DNA of 64,000 bases from Sulfolobaceae archaeon. GTDB lineage: Archaea > Thermoproteota > Thermoprotei_A > Sulfolobales > Sulfolobaceae. The stretch lies in assembly GCA_038893355.1 (NCBI GenBank), contig JAWARQ010000004.1, positions 96,001-160,000 of the forward strand. Direction: 5' to 3'. Below, piece after piece: positions 53,762 through 64,000 of this stretch; within the stretch, counting starts at the first letter, position 1, and each line of letters opens with the position of its first letter. A program made the position numbers and the translations under genes. The notes under the pieces are model-generated. The model was not told the DNA's origin. It saw only the letters and a program-made list of their open reading frames with translations, and ran no database searches.

Positions 53762-54274
53762 TTATTCAATTTTTATTTCAGTACCCTTCTCAGAAACACT
53801 CTTCTTCTTTAGTACAACATCTAAAACTCCATTTTTATACGTAGCTTTTGCTAACTTCTCATCAACTTCAGCAGGTAATTCAATCTCCTTATAATACTTT
53901 CTTTCCTCAGATTGTGCTTGTATTATGAGCTTATTACCGTTAACAACTCTTAGCTTAATATTATTCTTATCAACTCCAGGAAGTTCGGCTACAACTCTTA
54001 TCTCATCTTCACGTTCTATAACGTCAACTAGAGGTTCTCTTTCTTCAGAAATTATTGGCCTTCCTCTACTTCTCTTTACATTTCCAAATTCCTCCACTAC
54101 TGGCTTTCCATCTGGACCTACTGTTATCCTAAAACCATATACGTATGGCCCAAATTGTTTTCCTTCTTTAAACATCTTTTCAAATTCCTTCTCCATTTCT
54201 CTAAACTCTTCCTCAAATTGTCTCATCATATCTTCCATAAAGTCAAATATGTCTCTAAATCTTCTAGTTGGCAT
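53762..54274 (-). CDS. hsp20: Small heat-shock protein Hsp20
   Basis: GPYVYGFRITVGPDGKP, REPLVDV, AELPGV, YKNGVL. Confidence 0.95.
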   Translation of the reverse strand: MPTRRFRDIFDFMEDMMRQFEEEFREMEKEFEKMFKEGKQFGPYVYGFRITVGPDGKPVVEEFGNVKRSRGRPIISEEREPLVDVIEREDEIRVVAELPGVDKNNIKLRVVNGNKLIIQAQSEERKYYKEIELPAEVDEKLAKATYKNGVLDVVLKKKSVSEKGTEIKIE

Positions 54275-54309
54275 AGTATATTTTTTAAAAATCAGAATTA
54301 AAAAGCTAT

Positions 54310-54726
54310 CTAACTAGCTTCTACTAACTCTATCAATACTCCGAAGAAACTTTTAGGATGAATGAAAGAAACTAAATACCCTCTAGCACCTTTTCTAGGC
54401 TCTTTATCAATCACCTCAAATCCGTGCTTTACTAATTCGTCTATAATCTTTTTTATGTTGGATACCCTTACTGCAACATGATGAAGACCTTGACCTCTAT
54501 TCTTAAGGAACCTTACTACGGGGTTAGTTAAATCATTCTTATCTATTGGCTCAATTAATTCAATTAGTGTAGAATTTCCTCTATTTATGGATAGAAAGGC
54601 TACTTTAATTCCTCTCTCACTTAGAATTTCTTCGTGAATTATATTAAATCCAAGTTTAGTATAGACTTTAATTGCCTCTTTAATGTCTTCTACTACTATC
54701 CCTATATGATCTATTTCTTGTAGCAT
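54310..54726 (-). CDS. mce: Methylmalonyl-CoA epimerase
   Basis: DHIGIVV, IELIEP, GLHHVA, FIHPKS, GVLIELVE; divergent from the mutase. Confidence 0.92.
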   Translation of the reverse strand: MLQEIDHIGIVVEDIKEAIKVYTKLGFNIIHEEILSERGIKVAFLSINRGNSTLIELIEPIDKNDLTNPVVRFLKNRGQGLHHVAVRVSNIKKIIDELVKHGFEVIDKEPRKGARGYLVSFIHPKSFFGVLIELVEAS

Positions 54727-54815
54727 ATAGGAAACTAAAAGTTCATAAATAAATAGTTTAGATAAAATCTATTGTTCTGAAAGTATTTATTATACGACTT
54801 AAACTATTTATATCA

Positions 54816-56489
54816 ATGGAAAGAGAAGAAAAGATAAAGGAAAAGCTTAAAGAATGGGAAGAAAGTACATTAAAGGAATATCTATCGAGGAGAAAGGAGA
54901 GAAAAGAGAGATTTCTCACCTATTCTGGAATTGAGGTAAAGAGAATATATACACCATTAGACTGGAATAAAGATTATATTGAAAAGTTAGGCTTCCCTGG
55001 AGAATATCCATTTACAAGGGGTATATATCCGACGATGTATAGGGGGAGATTATGGACAATTAGGCAATATGCTGGTTACGGTTCTGCAGAAGATACTAAT
55101 ACTAGGTTTAAGAAATTACTAATGGCAGGACAAACTGGTTTAAGCATGGCATTTGATCTCCCTACACAATTAGGCTTAGATCCTGACAACGAGATCGCAT
55201 ATCCAGAAGTTGGAGCGGTAGGTGTTTCAATGTTTCATTGGAAAGAAATGGATTTAGTAATGGATGGTATACCTATAGATAAAGTTACAACATCTATGAC
55301 GATTAATGCTACTGCAATTGAAGTTCTCTCTATGTATATTGCTACTGCAGAGAATAGAGGCATAGATATTAAACAATTAGACGGAACGGTGCAAAATGAT
55401 ATTTTGAAGGAGTACATAGCTAGGAAGAATTATATATATCCACCGGAACCCGCATTACGGTATGCAATTGATCTGATAGCATTCTCTTCAAAGAATATAC
55501 CTAAGTGGCATCCTATTAGCATAAGTGGCTATCATATAAGGGAAGCTGGTGGTGATGCTATATTAGAAGTTGCACTAACCCTTGCTGATGGTATTGAATA
55601 TGTAAGGAAAACGATAGAGAGGGGCATTAGTGTCGATGAGTTCGCGCCTAAATTATCTTTCTTCTTTGCAGCGTATACTAATTTATTTGAAGAAGTAGCA
55701 AAATTTAGGGCTGCTAGGAGAATGTGGGCAAAGATAATGAAGGATTGGTTTAATGCAAAGTCTAAAGAATCTATGATGTTAAGATTTCATACCCAAACTG
55801 GTGGTGCGGAGCTAACTGCGCAACAACCAGAAATTAATATCATAAGAACTACTTTACAAGCCCTTGCTGCAGTATTAGGTGGTACTCAAAGTCTCCACGT
55901 TAATTCATTTGACGAAGCATTAGCTTTGCCTACTGAAAAATCAGCTAAAATTGCTATAAGGGTTCAGCAAATTCTTGCTTATGAAAGTGGAGTTGCAGAT
56001 GTAATAGACCCCCTTGCAGGTTCTTATTATGTTGAATGGTTAACGGATGAAATCGAGGAAAGGGCATGGAGGATAATATATGATATTGAAAAACTTGGTG
56101 GAATGTTAAAGGCGATAGAGAAGGGTTATCCTCAGTCGTTAATAGCTGAAAGCGCATATAAGATCCAGAAGAGGATTGAAGAGGGTGATATAGTAAAGGT
56201 TGGTGTAAATATGTTCTATGAGCCAGATTGGGTAGGCAATGTTGAAATTTTTAGATTAGATCCTAAATCTAAGGAGAGAATACTGGAAAGGCTTAAGAAA
56301 TATAAGAGTGAGAGGGATGAAATTAAAGTAAGAGATTCTCTAAATGAATTAAGAAAAGTTGCGGAAAAGGAAGATGTAAATATATTTCCCTACATACTTG
56401 AAAGTATAAAAAGAGGGTGCACAATTGGTGAAATTAGTGGTGTATTAAGAGAAGTATGGGGTGTATATAATGAACCTATTGTTTTTTAA
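54816..56489 (+). CDS. Methylmalonyl-CoA mutase, large (substrate-binding) subunit
   Basis: PFTRGIYPTMY, WTIRQYAG, GTVQNDILKEY, ISGYHIREAG, GGTQSLH. No B12-binding domain. Confidence 0.93.
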   Translation: MEREEKIKEKLKEWEESTLKEYLSRRKERKERFLTYSGIEVKRIYTPLDWNKDYIEKLGFPGEYPFTRGIYPTMYRGRLWTIRQYAGYGSAEDTNTRFKKLLMAGQTGLSMAFDLPTQLGLDPDNEIAYPEVGAVGVSMFHWKEMDLVMDGIPIDKVTTSMTINATAIEVLSMYIATAENRGIDIKQLDGTVQNDILKEYIARKNYIYPPEPALRYAIDLIAFSSKNIPKWHPISISGYHIREAGGDAILEVALTLADGIEYVRKTIERGISVDEFAPKLSFFFAAYTNLFEEVAKFRAARRMWAKIMKDWFNAKSKESMMLRFHTQTGGAELTAQQPEINIIRTTLQALAAVLGGTQSLHVNSFDEALALPTEKSAKIAIRVQQILAYESGVADVIDPLAGSYYVEWLTDEIEERAWRIIYDIEKLGGMLKAIEKGYPQSLIAESAYKIQKRIEEGDIVKVGVNMFYEPDWVGNVEIFRLDPKSKERILERLKKYKSERDEIKVRDSLNELRKVAEKEDVNIFPYILESIKRGCTIGEISGVLREVWGVYNEPIVF

Positions 56490-57012
56490 TTTTCTTCATT
56501 AGTTCAAAGAATTTCTCTTTCTTCTCTACTGGAGCTTCCGGTCTTTCCCTTACTACCTCCCACTTATCCCAAGGAAATATTATCCATTTATCGATTATAA
56601 TATTATAATAATTTGGATATTTTTTAGACCATGGTTTTACATACAGTGTTGCAGTCCTCACGTCAGAAGGGTTAAAGAATCTTACTAATTGTTCCACTAC
56701 CTCAAGTGTCGTACCAGTATCTGCAACGTCATCTACTATTAATACCTTCTTCTTTTCTAAGTTATCTATATATATACCCTTAAGTAATGGTTTTGTGTCA
56801 GTACTTCTAATGCCCTTATAAAATTTAATTTCAATGTATCTAATATTCTTTACGTCTAGAAGATCAGACAATAGTTTAGCTGGTATTAACCCCCCAGTTA
56901 ATATTGCGACTATAGTATCTGGTAAATAATCTTCTTCTATCATTTTACTAGCTATTTCGAATATACTCTCTTCAATTTCCTCCCATGTTGCAATATGGAA
57001 CTCAACCATCAA
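56476..57012 (-). CDS. Purine (hypoxanthine/guanine/xanthine) phosphoribosyltransferase
   Basis: PRPP motif VLIVDDVADTGTT, WIIFPW. Confidence 0.88.
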   Translation of the reverse strand: MMVEFHIATWEEIEESIFEIASKMIEEDYLPDTIVAILTGGLIPAKLLSDLLDVKNIRYIEIKFYKGIRSTDTKPLLKGIYIDNLEKKKVLIVDDVADTGTTLEVVEQLVRFFNPSDVRTATLYVKPWSKKYPNYYNIIIDKWIIFPWDKWEVVRERPEAPVEKKEKFFELMKKIKKQ

Positions 57013-58114
57013 TTACCACCAATGGTATTTCTATTTCGTCTTTAGTTAGACCACTATGATGCCCTTTAAGTTTAACTACTTCTTCTTTCTCTTTATAAAT
57101 ATAAATATAGATTTGATTATCAATAGGAGTAGCAATAAAGTCTGGAAGACTATCAATAATTTTTTCGTTAATTTTCCCTAATAATCCATTATTTATATAT
57201 TCGATCTTAGATAAAATATAAAGATTATCATATTTTCTTTGAATATAGGTCTTTATATCATATCTTGTTCTAAAAAATATTGCTCTAGAGTCACCATAAG
57301 GTGGAATTTCTAATAAGGACAATAGTTCAGTATCATCATTGAACAAATTCAACTTACTAGACTCAATATGACCGTGGTCTGCTGTGATTATGAATGTATA
57401 CTTATCCTTATATTTATTTGATTTAGTATATACTATATTAAAAATATCCCTAATTGCCTCAATTACTGGTTCAGAACTTGGCCCATATATATGGGCTAAT
57501 GTATCAACGTCTGGTATATAGAGATATAATAAATCAAAATTACCTGATGCTAATAGTTGGATAAATTGATACATGCAGTCCCACAAATTTACATAAACTT
57601 TCGTTTCATGAGTCTTATGAACCATGTTAGTGAATTCAGTATTTTCTATACCCTTAGGCAAAATCGATACTAGCTTCTTATCCTTTACTTCGAGAAAATA
57701 ACTCTTAACTTCAGTGAATACTTTAGTTAATGGTAAGCCATCTTTTAACGTATCTCTACCATGTTCTGCTGGATGTGTATATCTTAAAGTATTAACTATA
57801 CTACCTAACCTTTTAGAGTATGTTACATAACCTAATAATCCATGCTCCCCTGGGGTCATTGCAGTAAATAATGTCGTAAGTGCGGTAGATGTAGTAGATG
57901 GAAAGACCGAATTTATTTTAATTGCATTATTTAGTAATACCCCTGCATTTTCCATCATTTTCCATCCTAATCCATCAATGAGAATCAATACAAGTTTATT
58001 TTTAGATATTTGAACGAGATCGTTATATAAGCACTTCCTATCTACCCCAAGAAATTTTGCTATAGCACAGCCTAAAGTATATAGAGAATTTTGATAATTT
58101 GGCACATTATCCAT
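57002..58114 (-). CDS. Alkaline phosphatase/nucleotide pyrophosphatase family protein
   Basis: LIDGLG, FPSTTS, DTLAHIYG, TADHGH, GHHSG. Confidence 0.88.
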   Translation of the reverse strand: MDNVPNYQNSLYTLGCAIAKFLGVDRKCLYNDLVQISKNKLVLILIDGLGWKMMENAGVLLNNAIKINSVFPSTTSTALTTLFTAMTPGEHGLLGYVTYSKRLGSIVNTLRYTHPAEHGRDTLKDGLPLTKVFTEVKSYFLEVKDKKLVSILPKGIENTEFTNMVHKTHETKVYVNLWDCMYQFIQLLASGNFDLLYLYIPDVDTLAHIYGPSSEPVIEAIRDIFNIVYTKSNKYKDKYTFIITADHGHIESSKLNLFNDDTELLSLLEIPPYGDSRAIFFRTRYDIKTYIQRKYDNLYILSKIEYINNGLLGKINEKIIDSLPDFIATPIDNQIYIYIYKEKEEVVKLKGHHSGLTKDEIEIPLVVIDG

Positions 58115-58153
58115 TTCGATAATTCTTATTTACTAGACATTAAATTTAACTCT

Positions 58154-58270
58154 ATGAGCTCTCAAGAACTACTTATACTATTCTCTTATATTGCAATGGG
58201 CTTAGCGGGGATAGGATTAGTTATTTCGATAATTATTTATTTATTATCCTCAAGGCGAAAGAAGAAATAA
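58154..58270 (+). CDS. 38-aa single-pass membrane microprotein (not in ORF track)
   Basis: MSSQELLILFSYIAMGLAGIGLVISIIIYLLSSRRKKK; the TAA stop overlaps the next ATG (TAATG). Confidence 0.7.
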   Translation: MSSQELLILFSYIAMGLAGIGLVISIIIYLLSSRRKKK

Positions 58271-59820
58271 TGTATGATGTAGTCATAATAGGCGCTGGTC
58301 ATAACGGTTTGGTAGCTGCATCTTATTTGGCGATGAATGGATTAAAGGTAGGAGTATTTGAACGACGAGAAATTGTTGGAGGAGCTTGTGTAACAGAAGA
58401 GCTATGGCCAGGGATAAAAGTTTCCACTGGAGCTTATGTACTAAGTTTACTTAGACCAAAAATAATAAAGGATCTACAGTTGGAAAAATATGGATTAAAA
58501 GTTTATATAAAAGATCCTGCATTATTTGTGCCTTTTAATAATAATAAAAAGTTATATATATGGATTAGTACAGAAAAGACGAAGAAAGAAATAGAGAAAT
58601 TTTCAAAAAAGGATGCAGTAGCTTATGATAAGTGGGTTAAATTTTGGGATAAATTTTCCGAGATAATAGATTTTTTAATCTTAAGTAAACCAATAAATGT
58701 ATCAGAAGCTGAGGATTTACTGAAGTTCTTCAAGGGTTTTAACGTTGATGAAGAATTAGCATTAAGGATGATAAGAGTTTTCTTTCAAGATGGTAAATCG
58801 TTACTAGATGAGTATTTTGAGAGTGATGAAGTAAAATCAGCATTAATAGAGGATGCCGTAGTAGGTACATTTGCATCTCCATCGACACCAGGGACTGCCT
58901 ATGTATTAGCTCACCACGTTATAGGAGAGGTCAATGGTATAAAAGGTGCATGGGGTTATGTTGAGGGTGGTATGGGTGGAGTTACACAAGCTATGTTAAG
59001 GGCTGCTATGAATTTAGGAGTAAAAATTTTTACAAACTCTGAAGTTTTAGAGATAGTAACTGAAGGGAACAAAGTAGCGGGTATTAAACTTAGTAATGGT
59101 AAATTTATAAAAAGTAAAATTGTTATATCTAATGCAGATCCTAAAACAACTTTTCTTAAATTGCTAAAGAATGCAGAAATTGACGAAGAATTTTTAAGGA
59201 GAATAAGGGCTTTAAAGACTAAGGGAGTTTCTTTTAAGATAGTAGGTTATTTAGAAGAGTTACCAGATTTTGGAAATGGGAAGTATCTCTCTCCAGAACA
59301 TATTGCTTCTGAACTTATAATGCCTTCAGTTGAATATATTGAGAAAGCTTATCTGGATGCAAAAGTTTACGGATATTCAAAAGAGCCATGGTTATCTATA
59401 AATATACAATCTACTGTTGATCCTACTGTAGCCCCTGAAGGAAAGTTCGTATTCTCGATCTTCGGTCAATATTTACCTTATAGTAATAAACTTGACGATT
59501 TAAAGGAAAAAATTGCAGAAATAACTTTTGAGAAAATTAGGGAATATGCACCTAATTTTAAGCCTATAAAGTATGAAGTATTAACGCCTTTAGATATAGA
59601 AAGAAGGTTCGGAATATGGGAGGGAAATATCTTTCACCTAGATATGACCCCAGACCAACTCTACTTCTTTAGGCCATTAGTAGGTTATAGTGATTATAGA
59701 ACTCCTATTAAGGGATTATATCTCTGTGGTTCTGGTACTCATCCAGGCGGAGGGGTTACTGGAGCCCCTGGCTATAATGCTGCAATGCAAGTAATTAGAG
59801 ACCTTAAAAAACAAGCTTAA
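58270..59820 (+). CDS. Phytoene desaturase-family (PYROXD2-like) FAD oxidoreductase
   Basis: GAGHNGL, ERREIVGGACVTEE, GGMG, GNIFH, YLCGSGTHPGGGVTGAPG. Confidence 0.88.
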   Translation: MYDVVIIGAGHNGLVAASYLAMNGLKVGVFERREIVGGACVTEELWPGIKVSTGAYVLSLLRPKIIKDLQLEKYGLKVYIKDPALFVPFNNNKKLYIWISTEKTKKEIEKFSKKDAVAYDKWVKFWDKFSEIIDFLILSKPINVSEAEDLLKFFKGFNVDEELALRMIRVFFQDGKSLLDEYFESDEVKSALIEDAVVGTFASPSTPGTAYVLAHHVIGEVNGIKGAWGYVEGGMGGVTQAMLRAAMNLGVKIFTNSEVLEIVTEGNKVAGIKLSNGKFIKSKIVISNADPKTTFLKLLKNAEIDEEFLRRIRALKTKGVSFKIVGYLEELPDFGNGKYLSPEHIASELIMPSVEYIEKAYLDAKVYGYSKEPWLSINIQSTVDPTVAPEGKFVFSIFGQYLPYSNKLDDLKEKIAEITFEKIREYAPNFKPIKYEVLTPLDIERRFGIWEGNIFHLDMTPDQLYFFRPLVGYSDYRTPIKGLYLCGSGTHPGGGVTGAPGYNAAMQVIRDLKKQA

Positions 59821-59846
59821 ATATATTGAAATTGAGATAAAAATTA

Positions 59847-61640
59847 ATGGATTATGTGAATTTAGCACTTCTTATATTTGCATTGACAGCTTTAGTATTT
59901 GTACTAATGTATTTATTTCGAAGATATACTTCAAAATACTTATCTACTGATAAGACTACTACCGTAGCGCCAGCAGTTTCGTCTAAGAAGAAGGATAGTG
60001 AAAATAAAATAACATGGGATTCCATAGGAGGCTATGAGGATATAAAAAGGGAGATCAGAGAATATATAGAATTTCCATTAAAGCATAGGGATTTAGCTAG
60101 GAAGTACGGTATAAGGTTACCCAAGGGTATTCTACTATTCGGACCACCAGGCTGTGGTAAAACCTTAATGATGAAGGCACTAGCTAATGAGGCGAAGATA
60201 AATTTCATTTATGTTAACATTAGTGATATAATGAGTAAGTGGTATGGTGAAAGCGAAGCTAGATTAAGAGAATTATTTAATAATGCAAGAAAGAATGCAC
60301 CATGTATACTATTCTTTGATGAAATTGATACTATAGGTGTAAAGAGGGAGAGTCATACTGGAGATTCGGTAACTCCTAGATTACTTTCCTTAATGTTATC
60401 CGAAATGGATGGTTTAACTTCTGAGGATGGTGTAATAATTGTAGGCTCAACCAATGTACCTCACTTATTAGATAAGGCACTATTAAGGGCTGGAAGACTA
60501 GATAAACTGATTTACGTACCACCTCCAGATAAAAAGGCTCGTTTTGAAATTCTGAAAGTTCATTGTAAGGATAAACCGTTAGGCGAAGATGTAGATTTAG
60601 AAAAGATTGCAGAAATGACTGAAAGATACAGCGGTGCTGATTTAGCAAATATTTGCCAAGAAGTTGCCAGAAAAGTTGCAATAGAAGCATTGGAGAGTAA
60701 GAAAGAAAGAAAAATTACGATGAATGATTTTATGGAGGTAATAAAGAAGTATAAACCAAGTATTAGCCTGCAAATGCTAGAGGAATTTGAAAAATTTAGA
60801 CTGGATTATGAAAGAAGATTGAAGGGTAAAGAAGAGGTAAGTGAATTTGAAGATAATATAACTATTTCAGATGTTGGTGGTTACGACGAAATTAAAAAGG
60901 AGTTATTAGAATTACTTGAGGTTCAATTAAAATATTATAAACTAATGGAGAAATTAAAGATCCCACCAATAAAGGGAATCTTATTATATGGTCCTCCAGG
61001 AGTAGGAAAGACTATGCTAGCTAAGGCATTAGCGAGGACGCTAAATGTTAAATTAATTCCGCTAAGTGGTGCTGAGATAATGTATAAGGGTTATGAAGGT
61101 GCAATAGCTGCGATAAAGGAGGTATTTAATAGGGCAAGAGAAAATAAACCATCAATTATCCTACTGGATGAAATTGATGCAATAGCTTCAAAGAGGTCAA
61201 ATAGGACTGATGCTTCTAAGATCGTAAATCAGTTATTGACAGAAATGGATGGTATTAGAACTTTGAAGGAAGTAGTTGTTATAGCAACTACTAATAGATT
61301 GGAAGCAGTAGATAGGGCATTATTAAGGCCTGGAAGGTTTGATAGAATTATTTACATGCCATTACCAAATAAGGAGGAAAGAAGGGATATATTTGAAAAG
61401 TATCTTGGGAAAGATGTTTGTGAAAGGGTAAATTGCGATAAACTTGCAGAATTAACTGAAGGTTATTCTGGAGCTGATATTGCAGCAATTTGCAGGGAAG
61501 CAAAAATGATTGTATTAAAGGATATGATAAAGGGTAATAAGGATAGAGAACTAACTGAAGAAGATCTCATGACTGCATATAATAAAGTTAGACCATCTGT
61601 TAATAAGAAGAAATTAGGGAAAGATCTCTACTTACAATGA
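59847..61640 (+). CDS. Membrane-bound tandem AAA ATPase (Cdc48-like D1-D2 with an N-terminal TM; MBA type)
   Basis: N-terminal TM; two modules, [22 protein letters not shown] and [22 protein letters not shown]. Confidence 0.88.
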   Translation: MDYVNLALLIFALTALVFVLMYLFRRYTSKYLSTDKTTTVAPAVSSKKKDSENKITWDSIGGYEDIKREIREYIEFPLKHRDLARKYGIRLPKGILLFGPPGCGKTLMMKALANEAKINFIYVNISDIMSKWYGESEARLRELFNNARKNAPCILFFDEIDTIGVKRESHTGDSVTPRLLSLMLSEMDGLTSEDGVIIVGSTNVPHLLDKALLRAGRLDKLIYVPPPDKKARFEILKVHCKDKPLGEDVDLEKIAEMTERYSGADLANICQEVARKVAIEALESKKERKITMNDFMEVIKKYKPSISLQMLEEFEKFRLDYERRLKGKEEVSEFEDNITISDVGGYDEIKKELLELLEVQLKYYKLMEKLKIPPIKGILLYGPPGVGKTMLAKALARTLNVKLIPLSGAEIMYKGYEGAIAAIKEVFNRARENKPSIILLDEIDAIASKRSNRTDASKIVNQLLTEMDGIRTLKEVVVIATTNRLEAVDRALLRPGRFDRIIYMPLPNKEERRDIFEKYLGKDVCERVNCDKLAELTEGYSGADIAAICREAKMIVLKDMIKGNKDRELTEEDLMTAYNKVRPSVNKKKLGKDLYLQ

Positions 61641-62388
61641 TTTCTTTTATGTTCTCTACATTGTTAATACTTGATTTAATCAAGTTCCCTTTAAGATCTA
61701 ATGCATTTATACCTAACCTTTTGCAGAAATTAACTGCAGCTGCAACGTCTAGGTTTCTTATTCTATTCCTAATATCTATATAAGCTATAGCGTTTCCTAG
61801 ACATACATTTATTATATCAAGTGACGCACATCCTAAACTTCTAATCTTTATCCCTCTCCTTCCTTTCAGAATCTTACTAATTAATTCTATTTGATCTATA
61901 TCATAATATACTAAATATAATTTTATATCTTTATCTTTGATTATTCTTTTAGTTAAAATTTTTCCATTTACAAATATCTGATCCCGTTCATAAGAATATA
62001 TAATATCTCTATGAACTTCAGCGACTATTCCAACTTTGCTATTTAAAAAATCTTCAGTTGGATCATATATTGCAATTGAAATTGAAGACCATGGTATATT
62101 CATAAGAAAATTATTACTTCCATCTAATGGGTCTATAAGGGCTATATAATCATAATTTTCAGTATACTTAACCACTCCAGATTCTTCTGAGACAAATAAA
62201 AATGAATATCCGAGCTCCTTAAGAGAATTTATTATATAATTTTCTGACAATTTATCAATTACTCTTGAAACATCACTTCCATGCTTGCCTATAACTTTAT
62301 ATAGCCCCTCTTCTTCAATCCTTTCACTTAATTCCCTTAAATACTTTACAGAATCCCTTGCAACCCTTTCTAACTCTTTAACCTCCAA
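61600..62388 (-). CDS. Inositol monophosphatase/FBPase family protein
   Basis: [27 protein letters not shown]. Confidence 0.9.
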   Translation of the reverse strand: MEVKELERVARDSVKYLRELSERIEEEGLYKVIGKHGSDVSRVIDKLSENYIINSLKELGYSFLFVSEESGVVKYTENYDYIALIDPLDGSNNFLMNIPWSSISIAIYDPTEDFLNSKVGIVAEVHRDIIYSYERDQIFVNGKILTKRIIKDKDIKLYLVYYDIDQIELISKILKGRRGIKIRSLGCASLDIINVCLGNAIAYIDIRNRIRNLDVAAAVNFCKRLGINALDLKGNLIKSSINNVENIKEIIVSRDLSLISSY

Positions 62389-62391
62389 TCC

Positions 62392-63360
62392 TTACACCTT
62401 GTGTTCAGTAACGAACTTATATGCACTATAAGCTGCAATCGCACCTTGCGCCGCTGCTGTAATTATTTGCCTAAATCCTTTATTCATATTTGTACAATCC
62501 CCAGCAGCAAATAGTCCAGGGATGTTCGTTCTCATCCATTCATCGACTTTAATGTATCCTTGTTCATCCACTTCAACTCCAATCTTTTTTGCAAATTCTA
62601 CATTAGGTTCGAAACCGATTTCTATAAATATTCCATCCACATCTAATTCCTTAATTTCATTAGTTTTAAGATTCTTTATGACAACTTTCTCCACTTTTTT
62701 ACTCCCCTTAATCTCAGTGACTACAGAATTTAGTATAATCTCTACATTTGGTTTCTCTTTAACAATTTTCACATATATTGGCTGGGCTCTAAATTGATCT
62801 CTTCTATGGATTAAATAAACTTTATTAACATATCTTGATAAGAGCTCTGTACCTTCTAATGCTGAATCTCCTCCACCTACAACTGCTACAGCCCTTTTAC
62901 CCTTAAATAGTGGAGCATCACATATCGAACAATAAGAAACACCCCTTCCTGCAAACTCTGTCTCCCCTGGAACTCCTAATTTTCTTCTCTTTACACCAAT
63001 AGTTAGAATTACACTATCAGCATAAAATTCTCCTTTCCTCTTTGTAATAACTTTGAATAAGTTTCCGTCCTTAATTATATCAGTTACTGTATCAATAATA
63101 ATTGGGACATTGTATTTTTCTATATGCTTATTAAATATCCTTATCATATCAACTGCCTGAATTCCAATTAAACCTAGGTAATCATCGACTTCTCCTGCCT
63201 CAGTTAATTGACCTCCTGGAGTTTCTCCGATTACTAAGGTTTTCATCAAGTATCTAGCACTATATAATGCTGCACTATACCCTGCTGGACCCAATCCTAC
63301 GATAATTACATTAAATTTCTCACCCTTCTGTATCTGAGCAGACTTTGGCAGCAGGCTCAT
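62392..63360 (-). CDS. trxB: Thioredoxin-disulfide reductase
   Basis: [31 protein letters not shown]. Confidence 0.95.
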   Translation of the reverse strand: MSLLPKSAQIQKGEKFNVIIVGLGPAGYSAALYSARYLMKTLVIGETPGGQLTEAGEVDDYLGLIGIQAVDMIRIFNKHIEKYNVPIIIDTVTDIIKDGNLFKVITKRKGEFYADSVILTIGVKRRKLGVPGETEFAGRGVSYCSICDAPLFKGKRAVAVVGGGDSALEGTELLSRYVNKVYLIHRRDQFRAQPIYVKIVKEKPNVEIILNSVVTEIKGSKKVEKVVIKNLKTNEIKELDVDGIFIEIGFEPNVEFAKKIGVEVDEQGYIKVDEWMRTNIPGLFAAGDCTNMNKGFRQIITAAAQGAIAAYSAYKFVTEHKV

Positions 63361-63438
63361 AAGTAATAATAATTTGTCTAAAACTTAAATAATCTTTTCA
63401 GTATCAAGTTTAATTTCTATCATAACATTAATACCCAT

Positions 63439-64000
63439 GTGAAAGTATTATTAGTAACTGGTAAGCTCGCAGCTCCAATACTTCATAGAGTAGTTAAGGA
63501 ACTACCACCGACTGTAAAGAGTGATATACTAGTATTAGATTATCCAATTGCAGCGTTAATGAGTGTTAGATATATTTTAGAGAAATTGAAAAATAAAGAA
63601 AATATTAAGGAATATGATTACATCATATTACCTGGCCTAGTTTATGGTGATGCTACTGAAATAGAAGAGAAGTTAAAAGTTAAGGTAGTGAAAGGGACTG
63701 AAGAGGCATATGATTTACCCTTAGTAATAGATGCATTAATTAAGGGAGTTGAATTATCAAAGACAGATCCTGCAGATAAGATACTAGGTAAATTAAAGAG
63801 TATGAAGATTTCGGAAAAGTTATTAAGGATAGAAAGGAGTGCAAAATATGCATTTGAAGTAAATGGCTTAAAGATTCCCTTAGTTCCTCCTCCTTTTAGA
63901 ATCTTTCTAGAGCTTGATTATAAATGGGATCAAGATAGAATTATTGAAGAGGCTAAAAGAGTTAAGAAATATGTCGATGTAATAGTGGCAAGCTTTCCTG
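63439..64000 (+). CDS. Dihydropteroate synthase-like protein (partial, runs off the window; missing from ORF track)
   Basis: GTG start, MKVLLVTGKLAAP...LDYPIAALM...ILPGL...KGTEEAYDLP. Confidence 0.8.
   Translation, partial: MKVLLVTGKLAAPILHRVVKELPPTVKSDILVLDYPIAALMSVRYILEKLKNKENIKEYDYIILPGLVYGDATEIEEKLKVKVVKGTEEAYDLPLVIDALIKGVELSKTDPADKILGKLKSMKISEKLLRIERSAKYAFEVNGLKIPLVPPPFRIFLELDYKWDQDRIIEEAKRVKKYVDVIVASFP

Overview
AT-rich (about 30% GC by eye), gene-dense chromosomal window from a thermoacidophilic crenarchaeon of the order Sulfolobales. The assignment rests on the ups-type pilus genes, a GAT-QueC fusion, 3HP/4HB carbon-fixation enzymes, CutB/CutC, a membrane-bound tandem AAA protein and the overall gene order. 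Most of the window is housekeeping and metabolism. I saw no rRNA, tRNA or CRISPR array. The main signals missing from the ORF track are as follows. (1) Four guide RNAs read from the raw sequence: a C/D box sRNA on the minus strand at 9402-9460 complementary to the 23S peptidyl-transferase centre, an H/ACA sRNA abutting a C/D sRNA at 10987-11117, and a C/D sRNA at 26243-26298 complementary to 16S. (2) ANTTTC DNA-damage-response hexamers at about -40 of both upsX and upsE. (3) A stand-alone NurA-HerA paralogue pair and an OLD-like ATPase with an eroded TOPRIM motif. (4) Two clusters of catalytically non-canonical enzymes: two Cys-less thiolases with two DUF35 proteins, and a degenerate glutamine synthetase with an ADH and a metal-less amidohydrolase. 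(5) A repeat-laden spacer at 8004-8300, several short perfect intragenic duplications, an IS256 relic next to a VapBC pair, and an unannotated 38-aa membrane microprotein. All product calls come from motif recognition and recall, not from database searches.
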